Virus record (IMG/VR): IMGVR_UViG_2833436851_000001
Coordinates: 1-64,000 of that record
Direction: 5' to 3' (one strand)
Origin: a virus
Taxonomy: Duplodnaviria > Caudoviricetes
Length of the DNA stretch: 64,000 bases
The first letter of the stretch is position 1. The number at the start of each line of letters is the position of its first letter. Both the position numbers and the translations under genes were made by a program. The notes beneath the pieces were generated by a model. That model did not search any database. It saw only the letters and a program-made list of their open reading frames with translations, and had not been told where the DNA came from. Positions 39,265-48,797 of the stretch are shown in pieces.

Positions 39265-40617
39265 TTAAGAGTTGTTTCCATACGTCGTTTTTGTTCCTTT
39301 GATTTTATGCGGTATCGTGATTTTCTGTCGGTAGCCTCCCGTCCCGAAGGTGGTCGTGACCTCCTCGACGATGTAAGTGCCGTTCTTGGCCGGGTTCCGG
39401 TCATCGGTAAGCTCCACCTGGCAAGCCGGATATAACCCGAAATCCCCGAAGAGCGTCACCGAACCACTGATACCGTTCAGGTTGTAGCTGCGGAAGTATT
39501 CGATGGCCTCCTCGACGAGCTTGTCGGAGTTGATTTTCATGTTCGGCGACATGTAGGGCACGATGGTGTAGGTTGAGAGGTCGGCTTTCGTGCGGGTCTG
39601 TGCGCCACTGGCCGTGGTGTTACCCGTCACTTTGTGCGTCTTTTTGCTGATTTGCGTGGCGTTCACGGTCTGAAACTCTTTGCTGCCGGGGGTATCCGGG
39701 TCGTAATCGGGGTTCAGGCGCACCGTCACCTCGAAGAATTTCTCATCCGAGCCCAATGCCTTGGCCTGCACGGCAAGGAATTTCGGATCTGTTTTGAGCA
39801 CTTTCAAATCCGACGATGCCACGTGCGTGTCGAAGCGTATGCGGAAAGGGCCGGACGAAGTGTCTTCCGGAAACCGGGGCTGGCTCTTGGCCGATGAATA
39901 CGGGCGGCCGATGGCGATGGCAGGCATCTGGTCGGGACTGTTCTCGTCGTATTTCAGAAAGCAGTAAATGCGATAGCGGCTCCACGCCGAGAGAATATCG
40001 GCCACGGTGAAGTTGTCGGTGATTTTGATTTTCCCGATCTGGATGTCGAACCGTTTGGTCTCGGAGTGCAGTTTGAACCCGGTATCTTTCAGAAGGTTGT
40101 ACTTGCCCTCCATCACATCGTTCACGCTCGTACCCGATGCCGACGTCTCGAACTTGGGCGCCTGTTTCAGCTTGAGCTTGTAGGCCATATTTTCGCATTT
40201 CAGCTCGAAACTGCTCTCGGTGTTATAGCCGGTGATGTACCCGTCGAACATCGTGCGCAACATCCCGTTATACCCCAAGCGGATACGCACCCGTTGCCCG
40301 ATTTTGAAGGTCGTGGCGTCCATCGCCGAGTAACTGGAACGTTTCTCGATGACCACGCCGTCCTGCATGACCTCGGTGGTTATCCGGCTGGCATCTTTGC
40401 CTTCGAGGGTAGCCGTGCCGACAATGGTGGAACGGAAAACGGTCCCTTTGGGAAAGCGGATGGTCGCCGTGCCGATGAGTTTCTTGTAGGTCTCGACGAT
40501 TTCGACCTCCTGCACCTCTGTGAGTGTGACAGGGTTCTGTATCGCCATTGGGTTCCCCGGGTCAGGATCGCCGATGGTAATCCGGCAGCATAGTACGTCA
40601 AGCGGTGCTACAGCCAT
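39265..40617 (-). CDS. Baseplate hub (P2 gpD/Mu gp44-like)
   Basis: RVRIRLGYNG...FDGYI, LKCENMAYKLK, NGTYIVEEVTTTFG. Confidence 0.75.
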   Translation of the reverse strand: MAVAPLDVLCCRITIGDPDPGNPMAIQNPVTLTEVQEVEIVETYKKLIGTATIRFPKGTVFRSTIVGTATLEGKDASRITTEVMQDGVVIEKRSSYSAMDATTFKIGQRVRIRLGYNGMLRTMFDGYITGYNTESSFELKCENMAYKLKLKQAPKFETSASGTSVNDVMEGKYNLLKDTGFKLHSETKRFDIQIGKIKITDNFTVADILSAWSRYRIYCFLKYDENSPDQMPAIAIGRPYSSAKSQPRFPEDTSSGPFRIRFDTHVASSDLKVLKTDPKFLAVQAKALGSDEKFFEVTVRLNPDYDPDTPGSKEFQTVNATQISKKTHKVTGNTTASGAQTRTKADLSTYTIVPYMSPNMKINSDKLVEEAIEYFRSYNLNGISGSVTLFGDFGLYPACQVELTDDRNPAKNGTYIVEEVTTTFGTGGYRQKITIPHKIKGTKTTYGNNS

Positions 40618-41600
40618 AGGTTGTTCAGTTTTAGTATGGAGGTCGGGTCGATGACATCAGTGCCGAACCGTACCCACTTGATCCATTTGTTCGTATGTTC
40701 GATGGCTTCATCTACCACCTCCGCATCTTTGGAAATCAGCTCTACCGCCTCGGACGGCTCGACAGCCACACAATGTAAGGTATAGGGCTGAACGTTCCTG
40801 TACTCGGCAGCCGGAAGCGAGTAGCCCAGAATGATAAGCTGCGAGATTTTCAACTGCCGCAGGATGGTGTTGTCACAGTCTATGACACCTTTGTACTGGA
40901 CGATTTTCAGGAATTTCGACAGCTCGGCTTCCGGGTACACGTCGGGATATTTGCTGGTTATCCGACCGTTTACGGTAAATTCCAAATCGCCGCCCGAAAT
41001 GAACTCCTTGCGGGTGTAGTCGCGGCCCTGCACCGTGGTCAGCACGATGTTGTTTTTCGAGGAGAGCTGTACCTGCGGACCCAAATCGACGAAAGTGATC
41101 AGCCCGTATTTGCTGTTGGGCTCCACCTTGCCGCTTTCCTTGTCGTAGTAGGTTCCCTCACCGCTGATTTTCAATTCGATGTAGTCTGCCACCGTGCGGC
41201 CCACGATGCTGTCGGTGTAGTTCTTCTTTTCGGCGACAGCCTGCTGCTCCTTGATGAGTTGGTAGTATTGTCCCGACTTGTTGACGATGGCACTCTGCGA
41301 CTGGGTTTCGAGGTATTTGTCCCGCTCTTTCTGTTCCCAGTATTTGATATATCGGGGATAAGAGCGGAGCATACCGTAGGCCGTCTGGCAGGCAAACTGG
41401 ATGACGGCACGTTTCAGGATGTCGCTGTTCTTGGAGAAGTAATGCACGGCACCGTCCTGAAACTCCGCGAGTCCCAGACCGATGGCGCGACGGGCGGCAT
41501 CGCTGATGTAGCCGCCCAGTCCGCCGTGCGAAAGGATACCCCCGCTCAGAAGCGTCGAGGCACCGATATTGAGCAATCTGCTGCCGAATAGGTTCTTCAT
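40608..41600 (-). CDS. Tail tube initiator-like protein
   Basis: KNNIVLTTVQGRDYTRKEFISGGD; lies between tape measure and hub. Confidence 0.6.
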   Translation of the reverse strand: MKNLFGSRLLNIGASTLLSGGILSHGGLGGYISDAARRAIGLGLAEFQDGAVHYFSKNSDILKRAVIQFACQTAYGMLRSYPRYIKYWEQKERDKYLETQSQSAIVNKSGQYYQLIKEQQAVAEKKNYTDSIVGRTVADYIELKISGEGTYYDKESGKVEPNSKYGLITFVDLGPQVQLSSKNNIVLTTVQGRDYTRKEFISGGDLEFTVNGRITSKYPDVYPEAELSKFLKIVQYKGVIDCDNTILRQLKISQLIILGYSLPAAEYRNVQPYTLHCVAVEPSEAVELISKDAEVVDEAIEHTNKWIKWVRFGTDVIDPTSILKLNNLWL

Positions 41601-41619
41601 GTTGTTGTTTTTTCGTTAA

Positions 41620-44600
41620 TTAACCGTTCCACGAGGCATCGAAGTCATGCACCACGTCGATAAGGGCCTGCGCCATCTGTTCCTTGAAATGCTGGATTTC
41701 TGCGGTCTGGCCTTCGGGCGATTTCAGCAGGTCGATGGTCTCCACGCTCATTAGGTTGGTGATGTTGACGATGACCTGCTTGGGAGCCGCTGAAGACAGC
41801 CGCCCCGTACCGGAGTAGTTGCCGCCCGCACCGCCATCGTCATCCCCGGAAACACCCGTGATGCGGTTGGCATTGAACGGGGAGGTGTCGTTCGAGTCCG
41901 GCTCGTTGGCGTAGAGCGCAGCCGAGAAGCCTGCCTTGCGGAGAATGTTTTCCGCAGCCTCCGAGGAACCGCCGAATACCTGGCGCAGGGTGCCGGAAAG
42001 ATTTACCAATAGGTGGTGCACGCGCTGCCGGCCGGCCAGCATCTCCTGACGCTCCTTGTCGGTAGCCTGCGCGTTCAAAGCCTTTTGCACCCACAGCCCG
42101 TCTTTGTTCTGCGTAAAGCCGCCACGGGTCAGCTCACCGTAGTCGAATCCCGACTTCTCAATCAGGGCACGGGCGCCCGCCATGCTCTCGATGGCATCGA
42201 GATAACCTTGTGCCGCCGTGGTGATGTGTTTCACGGTGGTGTTGTTTTGATAGGCGGCATAGGTGGGCGTATAGGCCGCAGCCACCTCCGGCAAATCACC
42301 GAGAGCGTTGCTGTAAGTAACCTTGCCGTCACGCTCGAACCAGAAAGGTTTGTCCAGTCCGAGTTTCTTTGAGGCTTCGGCCGCCGTCACCGCCTGTTGC
42401 CCGTATTTGAGGGCGATGTTCTCGATAAAAGCACGGACCTCCAGCGGGTCGGACATCTTGCCGAACTCGGCATAAGCGGCATTCAGGCGCGACTGGCTGT
42501 CGCGGCGGGCAATGGCGGTGATGGCCTCCCGACTGTCGTCCTGCTGGGCATCCTCCGGACCATATACGTCTAATATCGTAATCATACCGTCAGAGGCACC
42601 CACGGCGAAAGTGCCGGCCCAACCGGCCCACCAGTTTTTGGTAAAGGCTCCAATTTTATGTCCGCTGCTCTCCTCGATGGTCTTGCCGGTAGTCAGGTCG
42701 TCCACCGCCTTTTTGGTGTCGATGGCCTGCTGGTAGGTTTTGTGCAAGGCGGCATACAGGTCTTCGATAACCGGATAGCGGTATTTCTCGTTGGCGGTAA
42801 TGTCTTCCAGCACGGCATCCTTGGCTTTCTTGATTTGCCATGTCTTGTAGGCGACCCAGCCCAACGCTCCCACCAATGCGGCGATACCGGCCGTTGCAGC
42901 TACGGCGGTCGTACCGATGGCACTCAAAGAACCGGCGGCACCGACCAAACCGCCGCCCGTAGCGACCTGCGAGGAGAACAGCGAGGAGAATCCGGCACGG
43001 GCGGCAAAGGAACCTGCGCCACCTTGCAGCAAGGCGCGACCCATCGCACCCTTGCCGCTGACTCCGGCTGCCTGCAAGGCCGTGACAAGGGCCCGCTTGT
43101 TGGCAAAGGAGAGTGCTTTGATTCCTCGGGCACTGGTCAGACCCGTCAGACCGGAAACCAGCTCGACAATGGAGTTGCCTGCGGCCTGTTTGCCGATAAA
43201 GCCGACCGCAACGCCGACATTGGTCAGGGCTCCGGCAAGTTTGAACAGCCGCGTGGCGACAAAGCCCGTGAACAGAAGCGGCTCGATCCAGTAAAAGTTA
43301 CGGGTCATCCACGAAGCGAAGTTGCCCAGCACGGAGAGCAGGCTCATGACACCCTGCCCGATGGAGGCGAGACCTCGGGCGAACTCGCGGGAATTGAATT
43401 TGGCAAGGAAGTCTTTCAGTGTGCTCCGGATGACCGGCTCGACGAGTTCGTACCCTTGCATGAAGGATTCCGTGAGCTGGGAGGTCATCTGGTACCACAA
43501 ACCTTTGGTCGTGTCCTGTTTCACTTGTGCCAGTTCGGAGGAGATGCCCTGTGACGCCCGGTTCTGGGAAGCAAGCGTCCGAAGCTGCCCGTAGTTGCTG
43601 ACGAACATCATGGCGGCATTGCCTCCGATTTTGCCGAAGATGGTCTGCATGTCGGCCATCGTCGCCCCTTTCTTGTTCAGGTCCTCGAAGATGTCGGCCA
43701 ACGGACGCAGCTTCTCCACCTGCTTGCCGTAGATGTCCTCCATGCGTGTGAATTTCACACCCAGGCGGTCCAACGCCTCCCGTGCCTCTTTGGTGGGCTT
43801 AGCGAAGCGGGTGGCCATAGCTCGCAAAGCCGTACCGGCCATCGTTCCCTTGATACCCATGTTGCCGAGTACGCCGATGGCGGCGGATGCCTCCGTGAAA
43901 TCGACGCCCGACAGACGCAGGTAACCGGCCGCCATCTTGAAGGACTCGGCCATCTCGATGATGTTCACGTTGGAACGCGAGACGGTAGAGGCAAGTATGT
44001 CTGCCACCGAGCCCATGCTGGTGTTCTTGATGTTGTAGCCCGTCTGGATGTTGGTGGCGAGGTCGGCGATCTGCGAGATGTCGTTGTCCCCGATGAGCGC
44101 AAGGTTCGTAATCGGGCGGATCGATTCGTTGATGGTCTCGATACCCATACCGGCCATACTGAGGAATTTCACCGCACCCGCCACCTCGATGGCCGTGAAC
44201 TTGGTCTCGACGCCGATGCGGCGCACGTACCGGGCCATCCGGTCGAAACGCCCCTCGAAGGTCGCCAGGTCGGAATCGGCAACCCGGAGAATCGAGTGTG
44301 CCGATTGCATGATGTTGGAATACTCGACGGCCTCCGTGAACTGCGTGCGCAGGAAATTATAGGCCATGTAGGCGTTGAGCATACCGGCCATCGGGAGGTT
44401 TCGCCACGACGGGGCCTTGGAATATTGGATGCGATTGATGGCCGCACGGCGTTTGCTGCCATATACGGAATCCTCGAAAGCTGCCTGACGACGTATGGAG
44501 GTTACCGCACGGGCTGCGTTGCGCCGCCGCTGGGTCTCCTCGGCCTGACGGCGTCGCTTCTCCGCATTGAGTTCCTCACGTCGGGTGCGCTCGGCAATTT

Positions 44601-45492
44601 TGCGCAACTCCCGGTCGGCACGCGCACGTTCGCTTTCACGTAAGCGTGCGGCACGCTCGGCAGCACGGATCTCCGACATCTGGCGGAAGGTCTCCACCTG
44701 TAAGGCGGCTTTCTCTTTGGCCTGCTGCATGCGTTGACGGTTCTTGGCCTCGTCCGCATAAAGGCGTTTGTTCAGCCCCGCCTGTTCTTTGTCGGAAAGC
44801 ACGGCCGCTGCGACCGGGGCATACGGAGGTCGCACGACTGAACCGACAGAGACAGAGGTTGCGGGTGCTGCCGTGTCCAAGTGCAGCGTCATAGTAGCAG
44901 CGCCACGGATGTTACCCAAAAGCGAGAGAATCTCCTGCAAGCGTACACGGGCCGTGTCGGTTTTGATGTTTACTTCACGCCCTTTCTCTAAATGAGCGAG
45001 GGCCGAATTGATTTTGCCGATGGAACGGGTAACCGTCCGCTGGGTGTCCATGACGCTCTTGACAGCCGAAGCGGCATTTCGTTTCGCTTCGGCCTGCTGC
45101 TCGTCCAATTTTTTTTTGCCGACCAACTTATTGGTCTGATTGCGGAGCGCACGGCCGTCAATTTTCTCGCCGGGATTGATGGTCAGCCTAATGCCCTGCG
45201 TCAGCTCTTTGATTTCGGTCAGCAGGTTCTTGACACCTTCCAGCCGTTTCTCCGTCTCGCCGGTTCGGATTTCCAGGTCGAAGTTGAAATCCTTCTTCTT
45301 GCCGTTCTTTCCCCGAAAAGTCTTTTCCACGGCCTGCATCATCTCGTTGATGTTGGTCACGACCGGCGCAAAGCTCACACGGCCCTTGCTCAGTTTCTCG
45401 ACGGCATTGGCAAAGGCGGTGACCTGCTCGGTTCCTTCCGTGGCATTGACCTTTATATCGTAATAGACTTCGTAATTCTGCGTTTGAGCCAT
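41620..45492 (-). CDS. Tail tape measure protein
   Basis: About 1290 aa from MAQTQNYEV; TP901-type core (TKFTAIEVAGAVKFLSMAG, GIKGTMAGTALR). Confidence 0.92.
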   Translation of the reverse strand: MAQTQNYEVYYDIKVNATEGTEQVTAFANAVEKLSKGRVSFAPVVTNINEMMQAVEKTFRGKNGKKKDFNFDLEIRTGETEKRLEGVKNLLTEIKELTQGIRLTINPGEKIDGRALRNQTNKLVGKKKLDEQQAEAKRNAASAVKSVMDTQRTVTRSIGKINSALAHLEKGREVNIKTDTARVRLQEILSLLGNIRGAATMTLHLDTAAPATSVSVGSVVRPPYAPVAAAVLSDKEQAGLNKRLYADEAKNRQRMQQAKEKAALQVETFRQMSEIRAAERAARLRESERARADRELRKIAERTRREELNAEKRRRQAEETQRRRNAARAVTSIRRQAAFEDSVYGSKRRAAINRIQYSKAPSWRNLPMAGMLNAYMAYNFLRTQFTEAVEYSNIMQSAHSILRVADSDLATFEGRFDRMARYVRRIGVETKFTAIEVAGAVKFLSMAGMGIETINESIRPITNLALIGDNDISQIADLATNIQTGYNIKNTSMGSVADILASTVSRSNVNIIEMAESFKMAAGYLRLSGVDFTEASAAIGVLGNMGIKGTMAGTALRAMATRFAKPTKEAREALDRLGVKFTRMEDIYGKQVEKLRPLADIFEDLNKKGATMADMQTIFGKIGGNAAMMFVSNYGQLRTLASQNRASQGISSELAQVKQDTTKGLWYQMTSQLTESFMQGYELVEPVIRSTLKDFLAKFNSREFARGLASIGQGVMSLLSVLGNFASWMTRNFYWIEPLLFTGFVATRLFKLAGALTNVGVAVGFIGKQAAGNSIVELVSGLTGLTSARGIKALSFANKRALVTALQAAGVSGKGAMGRALLQGGAGSFAARAGFSSLFSSQVATGGGLVGAAGSLSAIGTTAVAATAGIAALVGALGWVAYKTWQIKKAKDAVLEDITANEKYRYPVIEDLYAALHKTYQQAIDTKKAVDDLTTGKTIEESSGHKIGAFTKNWWAGWAGTFAVGASDGMITILDVYGPEDAQQDDSREAITAIARRDSQSRLNAAYAEFGKMSDPLEVRAFIENIALKYGQQAVTAAEASKKLGLDKPFWFERDGKVTYSNALGDLPEVAAAYTPTYAAYQNNTTVKHITTAAQGYLDAIESMAGARALIEKSGFDYGELTRGGFTQNKDGLWVQKALNAQATDKERQEMLAGRQRVHHLLVNLSGTLRQVFGGSSEAAENILRKAGFSAALYANEPDSNDTSPFNANRITGVSGDDDGGAGGNYSGTGRLSSAAPKQVIVNITNLMSVETIDLLKSPEGQTAEIQHFKEQMAQALIDVVHDFDASWNG

Positions 45493-45547
45493 GAATAGCG
45501 TGTTTACATCCGTTGAAAGAATAGCCCTTTTCGGCTGCCGGGGACTG

Positions 45548-45585
45548 AAAAGGAAAGCCCCGCAGTCACAAGGGCTGCGAGGCTT
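45548..45585 (-). terminator. Intrinsic terminator after the chaperone gene
   Basis: Minus strand AAGCCTCGCAG...CTGCGGGGCTT followed by TCCTTTT. Confidence 0.65.
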
Positions 45586-45596
45586 CGGGAAGCGGA

Positions 45597-45794
45597 TCAG
45601 GGAGACGGCGGTTGCAGGGTCAGACGGGAGACGAGCACCTGCTGGTGAAGCCACAGCGCCTCCTCGGAAAGCATGGCGAACTCCTCGTCTGTGATGCTGT
45701 CAAGATGAACACCCGGAAAGTAGTGGCGGATATAGATCAGCCGCTGACGAATCCGCTGGTCGTCACGTACCGCCCAGGTGTCTATCAGTTTACC
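45597..45794 (-). CDS. Tail assembly chaperone -1 frameshift extension (gpT-like)
   Basis: Start-less 65-codon frame GKLIDTWAVRDDQRIRQRLIYIRHYFPGVHLDSITDEEFAMLSEEALWL... entered at G-GTA-AAC. Confidence 0.7.
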   Translation of the reverse strand, partial: GKLIDTWAVRDDQRIRQRLIYIRHYFPGVHLDSITDEEFAMLSEEALWLHQQVLVSRLTLQPPSP

Positions 45795-46138
45795 AGCAGG
45801 CTCTGACGGGTGGTGATGATCTCTGAAAGTTGTGACATCAGACCGAAGAGGAACAGCGATTCGTTGTCCACCAGCTCCTTATCGCCGTCGAGGAAGCAGT
45901 CGCGGGCGAGCTGACGCATGGCGTTCACCTCGTCCTTCTTCGATGCCGCCATGAACTTCGAGAATTGCGGGAAGGTCGGTTCACCCATGTAGGCGACGTA
46001 GAACTCTTTCTCGCCACAATCCGTATCGCCGAACACGACCATCGGATAGACCTTGCGGACTTTCTTCTCGGCTTTCAGCGCGGCCGCTTTCTCCTTAATC
46101 TGGGCTTCCTGCTCCAGTGTAAGATTCTTATCTTCCAT
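45785..46138 (-). CDS. Tail assembly chaperone (gpG-like)
   Basis: 117 aa, upstream of the tape measure gene, ends on a slippery site. Confidence 0.75.
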   Translation of the reverse strand: MEDKNLTLEQEAQIKEKAAALKAEKKVRKVYPMVVFGDTDCGEKEFYVAYMGEPTFPQFSKFMAASKKDEVNAMRQLARDCFLDGDKELVDNESLFLFGLMSQLSEIITTRQSLLVN

Positions 46139-46282
46139 TTCTGCGTGATATTTGGTTACAAAAAGGAATAGCGGCTTTATCGCTTCAACGGGTGTAAATC
46201 GGGGAAATATTTCGATAAAATACAGAAATTAGAAAGATATTGCTTATATTTGCGGAAAATCTACATATAACGACGATATTAT

Positions 46283-47527
46283 ATGATTATTCAGTTCACA
46301 GTTGAAAATTTCCTTTCATTCAAGGAGGCGGCGACACTTTCGTTGGCAGCTTCGGCTTTGAAGGAAAAACAAACCTCGTCGGAGGACATCGTTTTTGAAC
46401 TGACCGGAACGAATCTTTCTTTGCTGAAAAGTGCCGTTGTGTACGGAGCCAATGCCAGCGGAAAGTCCAATTTGATAAAGGCTCTTGATTTCTTCAAGTG
46501 GTTTGTCATCAACTCGTCCAAAGGCGTGCAGTCCGGTGAGCGCATACAGCAGGTGGAAAGTTTTCGTCTCAACCGCAGTACAGAGAATGAACCCAGCTAT
46601 TTCGAGGCTGTCTTTGCGGATGAACAGTCCCAGTACCGGTACGGTTTCGAAGTGGATGAGAAACGGGTTTACAGAGAATGGCTTTACCAAAAGAGCAATA
46701 AGAAAAAGGCAAAGGAAGTCGAGTTGTTCCTGCGCAACCTGGATGAGTATGAATTGCATCCGAAATTTGCCGTCGGGAAAGAGGTGGTTGCTAAAAAGAT
46801 GGTGCGCGACAATGCACTGTTGTTGTCCGTAGCCGCGCAATTCAATGAAACCGTTTCGGTGGAAATCATGGAGTGGCTGGCCAATACGACCATCGTGCTG
46901 GGGAGCAGTGACGAGCGGATATGGAAAATGGCAACCCAGCAAATCGATAATCCCGAAATGAAGCAGCGTATTGTCGAGTTTGCCCAATTTGCCGATTTCG
47001 GAATAGACGACATCCGCAAGGTTGATAATACGGTCATCAGTTCGCATCAGCAGTATGACGAAACGGGAAAAGCCACGAAAATGGTCACTTTCCCGTTCCG
47101 GAAGAACGAATCGGAAGGCACAATCAAGTATTTTTCATTGGCCTATCCGATTATTGACGCGTTGGATCACGGCAAACGGCTGGTCATCGACGAGTTCGAC
47201 TCGAAGATGCACCCGCTGCTGACCTGTAAAATCATTGCGCTCTTCAACTCCCGGCTGACGAACTCCAAAAATGCACAGTTGATTTTTACGACGCATGATA
47301 CGAACCTGTTGAATGCAAATCTGTTCCGCAGGGATCAGGTGTGGTTTACCCAAAAAGATTCGCTGGGGGCGTCGGAGTTGTATTCGCTGGCAGAGTACAA
47401 AGTGCGCAATAGTGCGCCTTTTGAGAAAGAGTATCTCATGGGGAAATATGGTGGTGTGCCTATCGTTGGCCAATTCGAGCGTTTGTTTGACCAGAAAGAA
47501 GAGACGGAAGATGGCACGGATGAATAA
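46283..47527 (+). CDS. RloA/AbiLi-like AAA (ABC-type) ATPase
   Basis: VENFLSF, YGANASGKSN, ESEGT, VIDEFDSKMHP, QLIFTTHD, YLMGKYGGVP; TATATTTG -7 box at 46245-46252. Confidence 0.88.
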   Translation: MIIQFTVENFLSFKEAATLSLAASALKEKQTSSEDIVFELTGTNLSLLKSAVVYGANASGKSNLIKALDFFKWFVINSSKGVQSGERIQQVESFRLNRSTENEPSYFEAVFADEQSQYRYGFEVDEKRVYREWLYQKSNKKKAKEVELFLRNLDEYELHPKFAVGKEVVAKKMVRDNALLLSVAAQFNETVSVEIMEWLANTTIVLGSSDERIWKMATQQIDNPEMKQRIVEFAQFADFGIDDIRKVDNTVISSHQQYDETGKATKMVTFPFRKNESEGTIKYFSLAYPIIDALDHGKRLVIDEFDSKMHPLLTCKIIALFNSRLTNSKNAQLIFTTHDTNLLNANLFRRDQVWFTQKDSLGASELYSLAEYKVRNSAPFEKEYLMGKYGGVPIVGQFERLFDQKEETEDGTDE

Positions 47528-48140
47528 ACGAGATCCACGGGTTGCCCGTAATCTTCGGCGGGTAAGTTTTGTCCGGGACGTCAAGCAAACCTTTCTGATT
47601 GTGTGCGAGGGTGTGAATACCGAACCTGACTATTTCAATGCTTTCCGTCTGACATCAGCCAACATTAAGGCTGTCGGACAAGGCATCAATACGGTCGGCC
47701 TTGTGCAGAAAGCTCTTCGGATAAGGGAAGAAGAACGGAAGAAAGGTCGTATCTATGACCAATGCTGGGTAGTATTCGATAAGGATGATTTTCCGGATAA
47801 CGATTTCAATCGTGCAATAGCATTGGCTCAAACTGGTGGAATGAAGGTGGCATATAGCAACCAGGCATTTGAATACTGGTTCCTGTTGCACTATAACCTG
47901 TTTCAAGGACCGATGCACCGAAACCTGTACGCCGAAAAGCTGAGCGGATTGCTGGGGATAGCATATAGCAAAGAAGCCGGATTTGCCGGTCAGGTATTTC
48001 GAGTGCTGGCTGACAAACAGGACCAAGCGATACGGAATGCCAAAGCCATCATGCGCCAAATGGAAAACGTACCGCCGGCACAGGCTGAATCATCCACAAC
48101 AGTACATCTTCTTGTCGAAGAGTTGAACAAATATGTATAA
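47511..48140 (+). CDS. RloB/AbiLii-like TOPRIM protein
   Basis: LIVCEGVNTEPDYF, WVVFDKD, SNQAFEYWFLLHY, SSTTVHLLVEEL; overlaps the ATPase gene. Confidence 0.88.
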   Translation: MARMNKRDPRVARNLRRVSFVRDVKQTFLIVCEGVNTEPDYFNAFRLTSANIKAVGQGINTVGLVQKALRIREEERKKGRIYDQCWVVFDKDDFPDNDFNRAIALAQTGGMKVAYSNQAFEYWFLLHYNLFQGPMHRNLYAEKLSGLLGIAYSKEAGFAGQVFRVLADKQDQAIRNAKAIMRQMENVPPAQAESSTTVHLLVEELNKYV

Positions 48141-48149
48141 TCGGAGGTT

Positions 48150-48194
48150 GTACAAACTTACCGCACTTTTGAAAATTTGTGGTAAGTTTGTACA
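48150..48194 (+). terminator. Terminator of the rloAB-like operon
   Basis: TGTACAAACTTACCGCA...TGTGGTAAGTTTGTACA followed by GTTTT. Confidence 0.75.
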
Positions 48195-48263
48195 GTTTTC
48201 AGACCAAAACGAAAGATTGCCTTAGCGCAATCATTACTATAATAAAATAGCTAAAATAGAAAA

Positions 48264-48306
48264 ATATCGCCGCTGTATGAAGGAATTTTACATACAGCGG
48301 CGATAT
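48264..48306 (-). terminator. Terminator after the methyltransferase gene
   Basis: 16-bp perfect inverted repeat ATATCGCCGCTGTATG...CATACAGCGGCGATAT, T-run on the minus strand. Confidence 0.75.
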
Positions 48307-48308
48307 GA

Positions 48309-48791
48309 TTAGATTTTCACCAATTTACCTTCAATACCGCAGCGTTCCAGCACTGCGGTATTTTCTTTGTCGAAAGCAATCAGGCAGGACGGAGCGCCTG
48401 CCGTGCCTCCCTGCTCTCCTGTCACGTGATAGAAACTCAGCCGTCCTTTAATAAACAAGATGGAATCCGCATTCGGAAACACCAGCTCATGGAATAACCG
48501 TGTGTCTGTTCGCGCAAAAGTCAAGGCAACGGCATTGCGGTGTTCCACGCAACGTCTGATAAACTGTACGATGAGTGCCGTATCATACGGAGGATTGCAG
48601 AACACACGTCCGAACCATTGCTGTTTGAGCCCGTCATCTTCGATGGTATAATGGTGTGCCGCTGTATTCCACGGTCGGTTCACGGGAGCGCAAGGGTCCA
48701 AATCGAACGGCCCCAACCGCCGCAGAATATGTGGCGGTGTGAGCCATTCGTTTTTCCCTGTCGAGGATTTTCCTTCGAAAGTTACATCCAT
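48309..48791 (-). CDS. Phage-type DNA N6-adenine methyltransferase
   Basis: EWLTPP, FDLDPCA, DGLKQQW, FCNPPY, ARTDT, FIKGRLSF. Confidence 0.88.
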   Translation of the reverse strand: MDVTFEGKSSTGKNEWLTPPHILRRLGPFDLDPCAPVNRPWNTAAHHYTIEDDGLKQQWFGRVFCNPPYDTALIVQFIRRCVEHRNAVALTFARTDTRLFHELVFPNADSILFIKGRLSFYHVTGEQGGTAGAPSCLIAFDKENTAVLERCGIEGKLVKI

Positions 48792-48797
48792 AACCTC

